A stretch of DNA of 64,000 nucleotides from Felis catus (taxonomy: Eukaryota): the NCBI RefSeq assembly GCF_018350175.1, contig NC_058369.1, forward strand, positions 163,370,001 to 163,434,000. Direction: 5' to 3'. Shown here piece by piece: positions 1 through 11,105 of this stretch. The notes under the pieces were generated by a model. The model did no database searches. It saw nothing but the letters and a program-made list of their open reading frames with translations, and was not told where the DNA came from. Numbering within the stretch: position 1 is the stretch's first letter; each line of letters begins with the position of its first letter. A program made the position numbers and the translations under genes.

Positions 1-10
1 GCTTGCTGGG
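1..10 (-). CDS. SMARCD3: SMARCD3 coding exon, partial (PSKQ...), truncated by the window edge
   Basis: Minus strand reads tctcccacag|CCC AGC AAG C, which continues ...GKLLDD-PSKQ in frame. Confidence 0.88.
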
Positions 11-261
11 CTGTGGGAGAGGAACAGGGACCGTGGGGGCAGGACAGGGACTGTGGGGGCAGGATGCGTTGGGAGCGGGTGGGGCTGGTCGGGTAGGGCG
101 GCATGGTTAGAAGCAGGCCTCTGCCCCCAGAATGGCTCTTTAGGCCACCCACCCCTGGCCAGGGCTGACTCCCTAACCCATAGTGCCCACAGCTCGTTCT
201 GTCCTCAGCTCGGCCCCATACCCACCCCAGGACACCTGGAGAGACCTGGGCCAGGACGTAC

Positions 262-384
262 GTCATCCAGGAGCTTCCCCTCCACCCGCAGCTCCCAGGA
301 GGCGATGCTGCCATCGGAATCTTCAGCATCGGGCTTCGCAGGGTTAAACGTATTGGAGATATAAAGACGCAGCTTCCGCTTTTG
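262..384 (-). CDS. SMARCD3: SMARCD3 coding exon, 123 nt ([41 protein letters not shown])
   Basis: Acceptor tttctacag| and donor |gtacgt, phase 0/0; matches the BAF60 family sequence. Confidence 0.97.
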
Positions 385-504
385 CTGTAGAAATAAAGAG
401 TGTAGTACAGAGCAAACGCCGCGTGTTCCCACTCCCGGGGCAGTCCCGCTCTCCGTATTTACAACAGGGCCTAAAGCCCTCTTCCTGCCCCCAAATCAAG
501 ACAC

Positions 505-627
505 CTTCATCGGCCTCTTCAGAGCCTCTTGGATGTCCACCCGCTTCCGCATGATGGTTTGATCTAGTTTCCTCTCAAATGCCAGGAGGTCCATATAAGC
601 CTGGGACTCGGGGACCAGCTCCCGGAT
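505..627 (-). CDS. SMARCD3: SMARCD3 coding exon, 123 nt ([41 protein letters not shown])
   Basis: Acceptor cttctcttccag| and donor |gtgtct, phase 0/0; matches BAF60c. Confidence 0.97.
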
Positions 628-1418
628 CTGGAAGAGAAGGAGCGAGGGGCTCAGCCAACCTTGGAGGCTGACCGTGCTTGTCACGCCGTCCCAGGGTATG
701 AAGAGCAAAGAGCGTCGAGGAGAGCTGGCCAGGCTCAGGGCACGGAACTTTGAGAGTGCAAACGGGGACTTCTCCCCGGGACTGCACATCCAGTAGAAAG
801 GACCTGGACATCTAAGCATAAAAAACGGCTTCTCCCTCTAGAGAGGTCCCTGCATTTCTTCACTAGGGGAGGCCAGAGCGGCCACGGAGCCCAGCCACTA
901 GGGCCTCACCTCCTCATCCTGTCCCTTGTCACATGGCCTCTGGGCCTTCCTTGGGTGTCTGCAAAGTGGCTAGGACCCTGGGGTCCTTGGGACAGAGGAC
1001 GTGGCTGCTTGCCTCTGCCCTGGTGCCTCACCTTGTCACTCCACCTGGCGTCTCAACCATAACCCCCCACACCTAGCTTGGCTTGGGTTCACTTCTGATG
1101 CTTCCGCTCCCTCCACTCCTCTGCCAGCCTTTGGTCCCCTAGCTCTTGTGCCCTCTTTGTCCCACACCTTTATGTCCGCGGACCCGCTGGAATTCAGTCC
1201 ACTGCGCCCCCCGGGGCCCGGGACGCTGCCCCCCCTCTCCCCCCATGGCTCCGCCCCTTCCCTCCGCCCCCCCCCCTCTGGCCAGGGAGCCCCACTTCTT
1301 AATGAGCTTTTTAAACAAACAGTGGAAGTGACTGGGCCGCTGCAGCTCTGCTCCTGAGGGGGGAGGGGAAGCGGCCCAGGGTGGGGAGGGGGGCGGTGGG
1401 GGGAGAGGAGGCAGAGTG

Positions 1419-1566
1419 NNNNNNNNNNNNNNNNNNNNNNNNNNNNNNNNNNNNNNNNNNNNNNNNNNNNNNNNNNNNNNNNNNNNNNNNNNNNNNNNNN
1501 NNNNNNNNNNNNNNNNNNNNNNNNNNNNNNNNNNNNNNNNNNNNNNNNNNNNNNNNNNNNNNNNNN
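1419..1566 (-). other. SMARCD3: Assembly gap (148 N), probably hiding the short SMARCD3 exon encoding AKRRKMADKILPQR
   Basis: The exon is required by the known protein, is not found in the called sequence, and the gap is at the expected position. Inference only. Confidence 0.6.
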
Positions 1567-3219
1567 GCCACCTGCTAAATTATCCCGACATCTCCACCCG
1601 CCTAGCTGGGGTTCCCACAGCCCGCTTGTCCGCCCGCCCAAGGGGCGCCGGCAGTGGGTCTGGCATGGCGTTAAGTCCTCTTGCGGGGAGCAGATGCGGT
1701 CTCGTCCCTTCTCTAGCCTGGGAGCCCCTTTCCACCCCACCACACCCGCAGGCCAGAGAAATTTAGACTTAGGAGGGGTGGGGGTGGGGGAGCTGCAAAA
1801 GTGTTTGAGAAAAGCTAGAGAGGGGGAGGACAGAGGAGAGGGAGGAGGGATTCTGAGGACTTTCCCTTTCTGTGAAGCAGGGGTGCACAGTCCAAGGTGG
1901 CCTGAGCTCGGAGGGAGGGGACCCCCGACACGCTACCGCATCCCTGAAACAGGAGGTGAAGGCTGAGCTGGGGGGAGGGACTTGTACCCCTGGCACCCTG
2001 GGCTTGGAAGGGGCTTGACGGGCAGGGAGTGCTCATGCCCTTGGATCACCTGCCAACAGATGATCAGAAACAGCCCCATAGGGATCCGGAGAGAGAGAGT
2101 GCTCTCTTGTGGGGCACGACTGCGGGCTGACCCTGGGGTGGCAGCAGGGACACGGACTCTTCCTGACCCGCTAGCTGCTTCTGATTCCCAAGAGCACCCC
2201 AGGAAATCCTTGGCGAGTTGAGATTAGAACTCAGCCCGGAGGACGGCTCCGTACTGCCCTTGCGTGGTGTTCATCACTGCCTCCTCCTGTCCAAAAACCT
2301 CTTCTAAGGCCAGGTAAGCACCTTTCACAAAAGGTCTGATTTGTTTTGAAGAAACGGTCTACGTGAAATTCTCCGTTCATACAAGACAAACCAGGAACGC
2401 GCGTACTGTGTAAGAGCGTGATTCACGTTGCAAAAGAATTCATCATGGGATTCCTATAAATGGTGAATTTTCCTTGATGTGTAAAAAATATTTAATAATG
2501 AGGTAAGATCCGTATTACTCCTTTTATAGGACTCCATCTGGTGTGCAAAGGGAAGCATGTGTGTTTGGTTAAATAGTGAAACCCAGAGGGGCATCTCTCT
2601 TGCCAGACACCAGCAGGGGCTTTTGGGGTGACACCAGCTGGCTCAGACGGGGAAATGGGCTGGCCCCTGGCGATGAAGAGGTAGACCTGGTCCAGACGAC
2701 GGATCGGGGCAGCTCTTTAGCCTCTGAGGCCCTAAGAATCACCTGAGAGCAGGACTGTGGGAAGACCACCCACCCACAGGACAAATCCCCAGGCTCCACC
2801 CCCCTGGCCAGAGAGTCGCATTCAGAATATCTGGAGTGGGGCTTTTTAAACAGTCCAGCCAGGGGACCGAGGAAGGTGCCCTGGACAGCCACACTTGGAG
2901 GAACACAGTCCCTGAAGCTCAGCCCTCAGTCCTGCCGCCAGCCCCACCCCCACCCCGGAGACAGAAGCATCTCCCAGAACCTGGGGACGAGGGGTGGAGA
3001 GAGGGACCGAGCAGGTGACACGGCGGAGGGCGCGACGGCCGCGGCCTCCGCGCCTGCGGTGGGCACACAAAGGAACCAGACCAGTGCCCCCTCAGCCCAC
3101 CTCCCCAGAGGGCATCCCACCGGGGACGGCCCGTCCCTCGCTGCCCGTTCTTCCTCGCTCCTTCCAGTCTCGCGCCTCACCCACCCCGTCCCTGGGGTCC
3201 CGTGGCCCGCCCCCTCCGC

Positions 3220-3471
3220 NNNNNNNNNNNNNNNNNNNNNNNNNNNNNNNNNNNNNNNNNNNNNNNNNNNNNNNNNNNNNNNNNNNNNNNNNNNNNNNNN
3301 NNNNNNNNNNNNNNNNNNNNNNNNNNNNNNNNNNNNNNNNNNNNNNNNNNNNNNNNNNNNNNNNNNNNNNNNNNNNNNNNNNNNNNNNNNNNNNNNNNNN
3401 NNNNNNNNNNNNNNNNNNNNNNNNNNNNNNNNNNNNNNNNNNNNNNNNNNNNNNNNNNNNNNNNNNNNNNN
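3220..3471 (-). other. SMARCD3: Assembly gap (252 N), probably hiding the GC-rich SMARCD3 exon encoding RPGMPSGARMPHQG...
   Basis: The minus strand entering the gap reads ccgtttctgcttca(N), an acceptor lacking only its final G. The flanks are CpG-rich. Confidence 0.7.
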
Positions 3472-3811
3472 TGAAGCAGAAACGGGCGCCCGCCGCTCGG
3501 ACCAGGGCCCCGGTTCCAGGCGCGGTGAGCCGCGTCTCTCCCACCCCGAGCCCCCCGGCCGGTGACCCTGATGCCGCCAGCGTGAGCGAGGGGTGGGAGG
3601 GGCAGGGGCGCCGCCACCGCGCGGCTCGGCGGAGGGGGCTTTGCGTCTCGCTGCAGGAAGCTAACTGAAGCCAGGCAACGGCACCGGGCATCGCCAGCCT
3701 CGGATTTGCGGAAGGTGCCGCGAAAATGAATATTAATGGCGCCTCTCAACCTTTTCAGCGGATGTTCACATCCACGCGCTCCTCTGCAAGACAGACTGAG
3801 GGGGGTCCTTC

Positions 3812-3880
3812 CATCCCCACTTGACGGATGAGGCAACCGTGGCTCAAGGAGAAAAGCGACCTAGCCAAGGTCACGCAGCT
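3812..3880 (-). mobile_element. MIR core fragment
   Basis: ccccacttgacggatgaggcaaccgtggctcaaggagaaaagcgacctagccaaggtcacgcagct resembles the MIR core. Confidence 0.6.
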
Positions 3881-6149
3881 CCTCCCGGCAAAGGCGGCGC
3901 TGAACTGCCGTTTCCCGCGGGGGGCCGGGGCGGCTCGCTCTCCGCAGCCTCGTCTGGGTTCGAGGCCCGGCTCCCTGCTGGGACCTCTGGCCCCCCTTTC
4001 CACTCTGCTTCTCCGTCCACCCCCTGGGCTGTCCTGCCTCGCGCTCGCCCTCCCTCCCCATCGAAGCCAGCTCTTCTCTCTGGGCCCCTGCTTTTGGCCC
4101 CTCAGCCCCAACCCACACCCCCTTTGGCTGGTTCCAAGCCTCCACACCCAGGGGCTTGGGAGGCTTAGCCACCCCCACCCCCACCCCCACGCCCCGTAAT
4201 TTGCTCCCAAGGTGAAGGCTGGAGGCCACCGGAGACAGTGAGGTCACACCCTGCCAGGATTCTAGGAGAGGACAGGAGGCAGCTGGGCTGGAGGTGGGCT
4301 GCCCAGAGGGCTTGGATAGCTCAAAGGCACTGGCATTTCCTCTTACACCCATCTCCCCCTTCCTGTCCGCCTGGATTACCAGAGATGTTTCCATCCTATA
4401 GAACCCCTCTGCTTCTCCCCCTACCCCAGTGAGGTAGGAAGGAGTCAGGGCTCCAAGGAAGCCACGGAGAGCAAGATGAGGCAGGTGTATTCCCCTGCCA
4501 CCTCAGATGGGATGTAGATGAGATCCAAGTTCATTAAGTGAAGTGTTTTACAGACTTTTTAAATCCCACTTGTCCGGATTCCAGAAGAGGGATTGGCGAA
4601 GGCCAGAGGGGCTGTCAAATGGCGGGTGGGCGTGATGGGGACAAAGCGAGCAGGAAGACGAGGGAACTAGGGATGCGGCCCCTGTGCCCGTTACCATTTA
4701 CTTGCCACGCACTTTGTCCCCTGGAGTGCAGATGCCCCCCCCCCCCCGCCTCCAGGCACAAGGAGGAGCCCTAGGCCCGAGCTGGGTGAATTCCTTCTAA
4801 CTGCCAACTCTCCCTTCTGTCCCTCTTGCCCTGCGCCGTGCCCTGCTCCGTATCTAACCCTAACGCCCGGCCAGCCAGCTGTCCCTGTCCCTCTCTCCCA
4901 CAGTGAAAACTGCCTGTCCATGTATCTGCCTCCCCCACCCCACCTGACCCTGTCACTCACATCTCCAGAGTGGGTGGCCCAGAATGGAGCCTAGGCCCAG
5001 CCCCGCCAGCATAGATGGACTACAGGGAGTGGAGCGGAGGGACTCACAGCCACCCAAGAACTGAAGCTCTAAGTTGGCCAAATAAAAAAAATCCACATGT
5101 ATATCCCCTCTCTCTCCTGGATGGGCCTTTTTTAAAGGGACTCCCCCAAGCAGCAAGACTAGACTGGCACTCAGCTGAGAGACACAGGCCCCCCTGGGAA
5201 GTTGCCCCAGGGATCTCTGGGACTGGAGGACAGGCGGCCCGGCGAAACCCCCTTCACCCAATCAGCTGCTCTCCCATTCTTCAAGGCCAGCGATACTTGC
5301 TGATCTGCTGAAGAGGCCCTGAGAGGGAAACTTCCAGAGCCCCCAGAGGGCTGCACTAGCTACCAGGGCCACCCAACAAAGGGCCAAGACCCTAGGGACT
5401 CTGGCCCTCCTCACTGAGAATGTGCCTTCTTTCGGGTCACAACCAAATTTGGCCATAGGCAACCTGACTGACTCCTCTGTACCCAACTCCAACCCAACCC
5501 CGGTAGCCATCCCAAGTCTTACAGCCCCTGCCTCTCCCATTCCACCGCCCTCCACATGGCTCCCAACCTGGCTCCTGCTGCCTCAGCCTGAGGTCCCATC
5601 CCTCAGGTCACCCTGGGCTCCCTCAGGTTCCCTGCGTGCCTTCCAAGTCGGCTGGCGGCAGGACCGTGCTGGCCCGCCCCTTTGGTCTCTAGGCCTCACA
5701 TCCCTGACTCCAGCCCTTCCTTCACACCTTTGAGGCATTAAGGACATGAGCTTCTGGTGGCTGAGTCTGCCAAGGGGGTCCTCAGACCCCTTAACTTGGG
5801 GTCTGTCCCTAGAGAGGGTCTCTCTCTGACCCCCGTGGGCAGAGGCCACCAGCAAAGGCCCAGAGCCCTCCTGCCAGGATGCAGAGGTTGTTCAGCTAGA
5901 GAGCTTCCCGCTCACGGTGCCTCCAGGGTCACCTGCTCCTTGCTCTCGGAGACACAGAGAGACACTGTCCCAACGGATGGGCAGACAACCCAGCCTACCC
6001 GATGCCATGTCCCCCACCCCCACCGCGGGGGGGGAGGGCAGGGGAACACCTGGGCCCACCAGGCAGAGAACAGAAGACAACACGTCTGGTACGGAGGGGA
6101 CCCCCCCCACTTGGGGGGGGGGGACAGTCCCCAAGTCCCACCCCCAGCC

Positions 6150-7000
6150 CCTGACAAGGACCCATGCAAACGCCTCCCGTCCCCGCCCGGGCACCCATCC
6201 CCGGCCCGCCGCCTGACGACGTGTTCGAGTGCCAGGGCGCCGGCACAGTCCCGGGGCTGGGCCGCGGGGCCGCGGCGCCCCTGCCGGAGGGGTGGGAGAG
6301 CGGGAGCCCCCTCCCGGNNNNNNNNNNNNNNNNNNNNNNNNNNNNNNNNNNNNNNNNNNNNNNNNNNNNNNNNNNNNNNNNNNNNNNNNNNNNNNNNNNN
6401 NNNNNNNNNNNNNNNNNNNNNNNNNNNNNNNNNNNNNNNNNNNNNNNNNNNNNNNNNNNNNNNNNNNNNNNNNNNNNNNNNNNNNNNNNNNNNNNNNNNN
6501 NNNNNNNNNNNNNNNNNNNNNNNNNNNNNNNNNNNNNNNNNNNNNNNNNNNNNNNNNNNNNNNNNNNNNNNNNNNNNNNNNNNNNNNNNNNNNNNNNNNN
6601 NNNNNNNNNNNNNNNNNNNNNNNNNNNNNNNNNNNNNNNNNNNNNNNNNNNNNNNNNNNNNNNNNNNNNNNNNNNNNNNNNNNNNNNNNNNNNNNNNNNN
6701 NNNNNNNNNNNNNNNNNNNNNNNNNNNNNNNNNNNNNNNNNNNNNNNNNNNNNNNNNNNNNNNNNNNNNNNNCTTTCCAACCCTCGCTGTCCAAACAGCG
6801 CAGATAAGCGGCGAGGCACGCCGGCAAGCCCGGCTCGCGGGCGCTGGGCAGCGGCACTGCAGCCCGAGGCCGCCCGAGGGCCCGCGGGGAGGCGGCGCGG
6901 GGAGGGGACGCGAGGGGAGGTGGCGGGGGGCTCGCCGGCCACCCGGGCTCTCGCCACAAATAGTTTCTCGGTTAGGGAATTCGCCGGCACGGCCAGGCAG
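6150..7000 (-). promoter_or_regulatory. SMARCD3: CpG island / proximal SMARCD3 promoter; the gap at 6318-6772 (455 N) likely holds the first exon of the MAADEV... isoform
   Basis: CpG-dense flanks with GC boxes, about 3 kb upstream of inferred exon 2. The exon itself is not visible. Confidence 0.65.
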
Positions 7001-9299
7001 GGAACAGTCAGTTCCAACTTTCCCCCAAGTGGCTCCTGCTGCATTTCTGAGGCCCTTTCCCCAGAGACCTGGCAGGCCAAGTAGGGAAACATTCGCTGGA
7101 AGGAATCCGGGGGTGGGGGGGGGGGAGAGCCCGGAGCCCGGAGGAGGCCTTCCTCCTGCACCAGGCCGTCAGTGGTGGGTGTGCCCGGGGAGGCGGTGTC
7201 CCCTCGCGTCCACAGATGTGTGCGCCCTTGTCTCGCCCGCTGTGTGTGTGTCTGCACCCTTGTGTGGGCACGGCTCGGTGGCTGTGGGTGTGATTGTTTA
7301 CGTGCGTGCACAGACAAACGGCTTCTCTGTGTGCCTCCCTCCACGGGAGCCTCTGGTGCGTGTGCGCGCTTGTGGGTGCGTGTGTGGCAGGACATGGCCT
7401 GTGCCTTCCAGCTCCGTGTGAGTCTATTTCTGGGGATGTGAGTCTTTGTTTGTCTCTATGTGAGAAAGCGAGGGCAATGGGGGAAGGATTTCGGAAAAAG
7501 GAGGTGGATGGGACTCATGAGAACAGGAAGAGAGAATGAGAGGGGAGGCTAGGCGCTGGGGTGGGTGCTTGGGTGGATGGGCAGAGAGAACGAGGCAAGG
7601 TGGGCCTCGTGGCTTTGGAATGGGGCATGAGGTGGGCGTAGGGGACCCAGAAGCGCTGGGGCTACTGGGTATGGCAGGGCCAGCCTCCAGGCCCCAAAGA
7701 AAGCCCGGGGAGTGTGGGATTCTGAGGGAGCCCTAGAAGAGGCAGTGTGGAGGGAGCTGGCAGTCCCTGGGGCGAAGGAGGGACAGGAAACAGGAGGGAC
7801 AAATCCTGAGCTCACCAGGCTGGGAACCACAGCACCACCCTTGCCCCCAAAGGCCACGCCCCTCTCTCCTCCTTCTGGAGAAAGAGCCCAAGGGCTTTGG
7901 GACGACAGTGGGTCAAGTTTATGTGCCTCTAGGGGCTGCACTGCCAGAAGCCAGGTGAGGGCAGGGAAATGCAGGGGGAATTTGTTGGACAACTTATTTG
8001 AAGTTACACCCTAAAGACCCAGAGTTACACTCGGGGATCCTCAACCCCTTCAAAATGCCTTCAGAGGTCAGACGAAGAACCAAGGGAGTGTTCTGCCCAG
8101 AGAGCCCTTTTGCCTGCAGCCTGATTTCCTAGGACCCTGGTTGTGCTCCTGCCTGTCACTGTCCACTCAGGTGCCCACTGTCAATCTCCTGAAAGGTCAG
8201 AGTGGTCCAGGATAACCTTCCTTTACCGCTGGCTTAACAAGGGACCTAGATATCCCCTTCCTACCAAATCTCTACCCAGCTTCCCCCATAGACTCACCAG
8301 TCTGTCCACTAACGTCCAAAACCCCTCGCTCATTCCCATTTCTAAGCCTCTGCTCCCACACTGTTCTTTTGCCCAGAATCCCTCTACTGCTCCTCTGCCT
8401 GTCCAGATTACATTCATCCTTTAAAGCTGAGCATGGGCCCCACCTCCTCCAGGAAGCCTTCCCTAGTTCCACTCCTGCGCACCAACCTTTCTCTTCTTTG
8501 AATGCCCATTGCCATCGATGCTATGCTGTGAATTGGCACTTGCCTGACCAGCGTCTGAGATGGTAGGTTTGGCTTCCCAAATGTGGTCCCCTGACATCAG
8601 GATCCGGTCTTTACGTCCTGCTACCTTCCCCCATGCCGGGACACAGGGGCTCACCATCAAATGCCTGCTAACTCTTGCAACCACCCGAAGCCCAGTGGGC
8701 CAGTGAACGGAGCTCACACTCTGCCACTTACCTGAAGATGTGAGACCCCATGGGCACCCCCACCCACTGTGGGTGCTTCCCGCGCGGGCATGTGAGACCC
8801 CAGACCTTAGAGGTTCTGGGGGACTGGGGCAGGGGCAGTCACCTTTAGGCTCTGTGTAAAGCTCAGAGTTCTCAACTCTCCGAGAGGCCTTCTGGGGCAA
8901 GAAGATAGCAAAGAGGCTGACAGGCACCCCAGCTCGGGCAGCTAAGTTTGAGGGGGATATGAAGGACAGCGGGAATGCCCAGCATTGGGGAGGGGACTGG
9001 TCTTGGTGGTGGGGGAGACTGCAGGAGGTGGTCAGACCAAGGGCCCTGGTGGTACCCAAGAAGTGGTGAGTGTCACCCAAGTCCAAAGATGACTCCCTCC
9101 AGAGCCACCCCAGCACCAGCCCCGGCTCCCCCAGCCGCTTCGCTGGGAGACACCCTTATGCCAGCACAGACAGCAGATACATAATGCATACAGGCCCCTC
9201 GGGCACACACATGAGTGCAAACGCTGGAGGCACAAGGAACCACACGGATTTGCACGCACAGGCACATCTTGACCTCCTCCCAGCCCACTCACAAGATGT

Positions 9300-10150
9300 G
9301 ATTGACCAGGCGCGGGCCAGCGGGCACGTTGGCCTACTGCTTTTAGGGAGGCGACCCTAGGTGTGCGGACCCGGGGCGGGGAGCCTTCAGACCAGACAGC
9401 AGAGGCGCAGGTGTGGGTGCCCGGAGCCCCGACTCGCATCTCACAAAGGCCAGGATCCCCAGCTGCTCAGCCCCAGAAGAGCGCTCAGCAGCGCCACGGC
9501 CACAGCCACAGGCCCGGGCGAGGTGGAGGCCCCGGGAGAGCCCCGATTCCAGCTGGCAGGGGGCCTTCCTCCCAGCCCAGCCGGGCCCCTAGCCCCGGCC
9601 CGACCGGCCCAGGCCGTGCTCCGGGCAGACCGTGCGCGCGTCCGGGCAGAGGGCGGCCGCCCTGCGGCGCGGAGCCGGAGTCCCCCCTGCCGTCCCCCCA
9701 TCTCTCCTTCCCTCCGAAGCACCACCAGCACCAAATGGCAAAGCGCCTCTCCCCGCTCAGGGAGAGATGCGCCGCGGCCGGCGGGACGGGCTCGGCGGCC
9801 CCCCTCCACCGCGCCGGAGCGGAGGGCGGCCGGGCGCGGGGGGCACGTCCCGGCCCGCGGCCGCCCGCCCTCGCCCTCGCCCGCCCCGGGCCCGGGCAGC
9901 GGCGGGAGCCGGACGGGAGCCGGCCCGGGCATGCGCACTGCGGCCTCCCTCCCGGTGAAGGTCAGCCCAGGGCCTGGCTGCAGGACTCGGTGGCGGCGGG
10001 GGAGGCGGAGGAGGGAGGAGGGATGCAGCGGAGAGACTTAACTCCTTCCCTGCGGGAAGATGGGCAGCGAGGCTGAGGCCGGAGCCCGCTGGTCCCACCC
10101 TCCCCGCCTTCAGTGGAAGTCCTGTTACGGGGACCCGGCTCTGGGGGGAG
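9300..10150. promoter_or_regulatory. Intronic CpG island, candidate alternative promoter or enhancer
   Basis: Very high CpG, GC boxes, and an NRF1-like GGCATGCGCA near 9928. Confidence 0.65.
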
Positions 10151-10337
10151 GGGGAGGAGGGGCCGGGGAGGGAGGATGGAAGAAGGAGGCTAGGAGGAGA
10201 GGAGGGGAGCTGGGAAGGGGAGAGGGAGGAAGGCGAGGGAGGAACAAAGGAAATCAGACTGAAGGGAGAGACCTCTTTCCGCTGCCCCCTTTTCTGTATA
10301 CCCCCAGCAATATTACCCTCACTGATTGGGGCGTGAG

Positions 10338-10339
<2 letters not shown>

Positions 10340-10388
<49 letters not shown>

Positions 10389-10389
10389 T

Positions 10390-10420
<31 letters not shown>
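10340..10420. repeat. Compound microsatellite (TG)n-(GA)n-(CAGA)n
   Basis: Directly visible. Confidence 0.95.
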
Positions 10421-10986
10421 GGAAAGTGCCCACCTGGAGCTCTCAGGCTAAGGACCTCTGATCTCTGTGTTCTGGCCCATTGCTAACCAGCTCCCACCTT
10501 CTCCTCTGGTCACTAAACCCAGGACATGCAGGGGTCCCAGAGGCGGCTCTGACCCAGCCTACCCGCCTGGCCTCAATCCTGGGCCCCCAAGGAACCCCTG
10601 CTAGACCTTGGGGCCAGGCCCAGTCCCCAGAGACGGGTGGAGGGGAGCCTGCACCTTAACCCCCCACCTCTGGTGAGGAACTTCTCCCAGCCAGCAGACC
10701 GGACAGGGGCGGACAGGCCCAGGATGTCTCGGGGCACAATCCTCCTCCTCCAGGCTGCCCCCACTACTCTTCCCAGGCCAGAGCAGCGCTGGGTGCCTCT
10801 CCCTTTGTGCGAGAATGTTTCTGTGGCTGGACACCCCCTGCTACTATCAAGGGGGCCCTCTGTCTCTTTGTGTGACTTTGCCTTTCTGTGTCAGTTTTGC
10901 AAACACACGCAAGAAAGACAAATATGATAGAAAGAAGCAAAAAACATAACACAAAAAAACCAAAGATAAACGAGGACACCAAGATA

Positions 10987-11105
10987 ATTGTGTGACCTTG
11001 GGCAAGTTGTTCTACCTCCCTGCCCCTCAGCTTTCTCGGGAGTAAAAGGAGGGGCGTAGGCAGATGATTCCTAGGGCCTTCCTGCCCTGAAATCCAAGGA
11101 TTCTG
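10987..11105 (+). mobile_element. MIR-family SINE fragment
   Basis: tgtgtgaccttgggcaagtt...cctcagctttctc...gtaaaa is the MIR core. Confidence 0.7.

Larger units (their letters stand above)
3000..4050. promoter_or_regulatory. CpG island around the inferred common exon 2
   Basis: High GC and dense CpG (cgcgacggccgcgg, gcgccgccaccgcgcgg). Confidence 0.7.

Noticed and set aside
5757-7421. Long ORFs (554, 466, 355 aa) in the supplied track, and similar ones at 3.0-3.8 kb and 26-27.5 kb
   Set aside because: They stay open only because they run through N-gaps and stop-poor GC-rich or repetitive DNA; no domain-like content.
9361-10098. 226-237 aa Pro/Gly/Arg/Ala-rich ORFs on both strands
   Set aside because: Typical CpG-island artefact: several frames are open at once and the sequence is low complexity.
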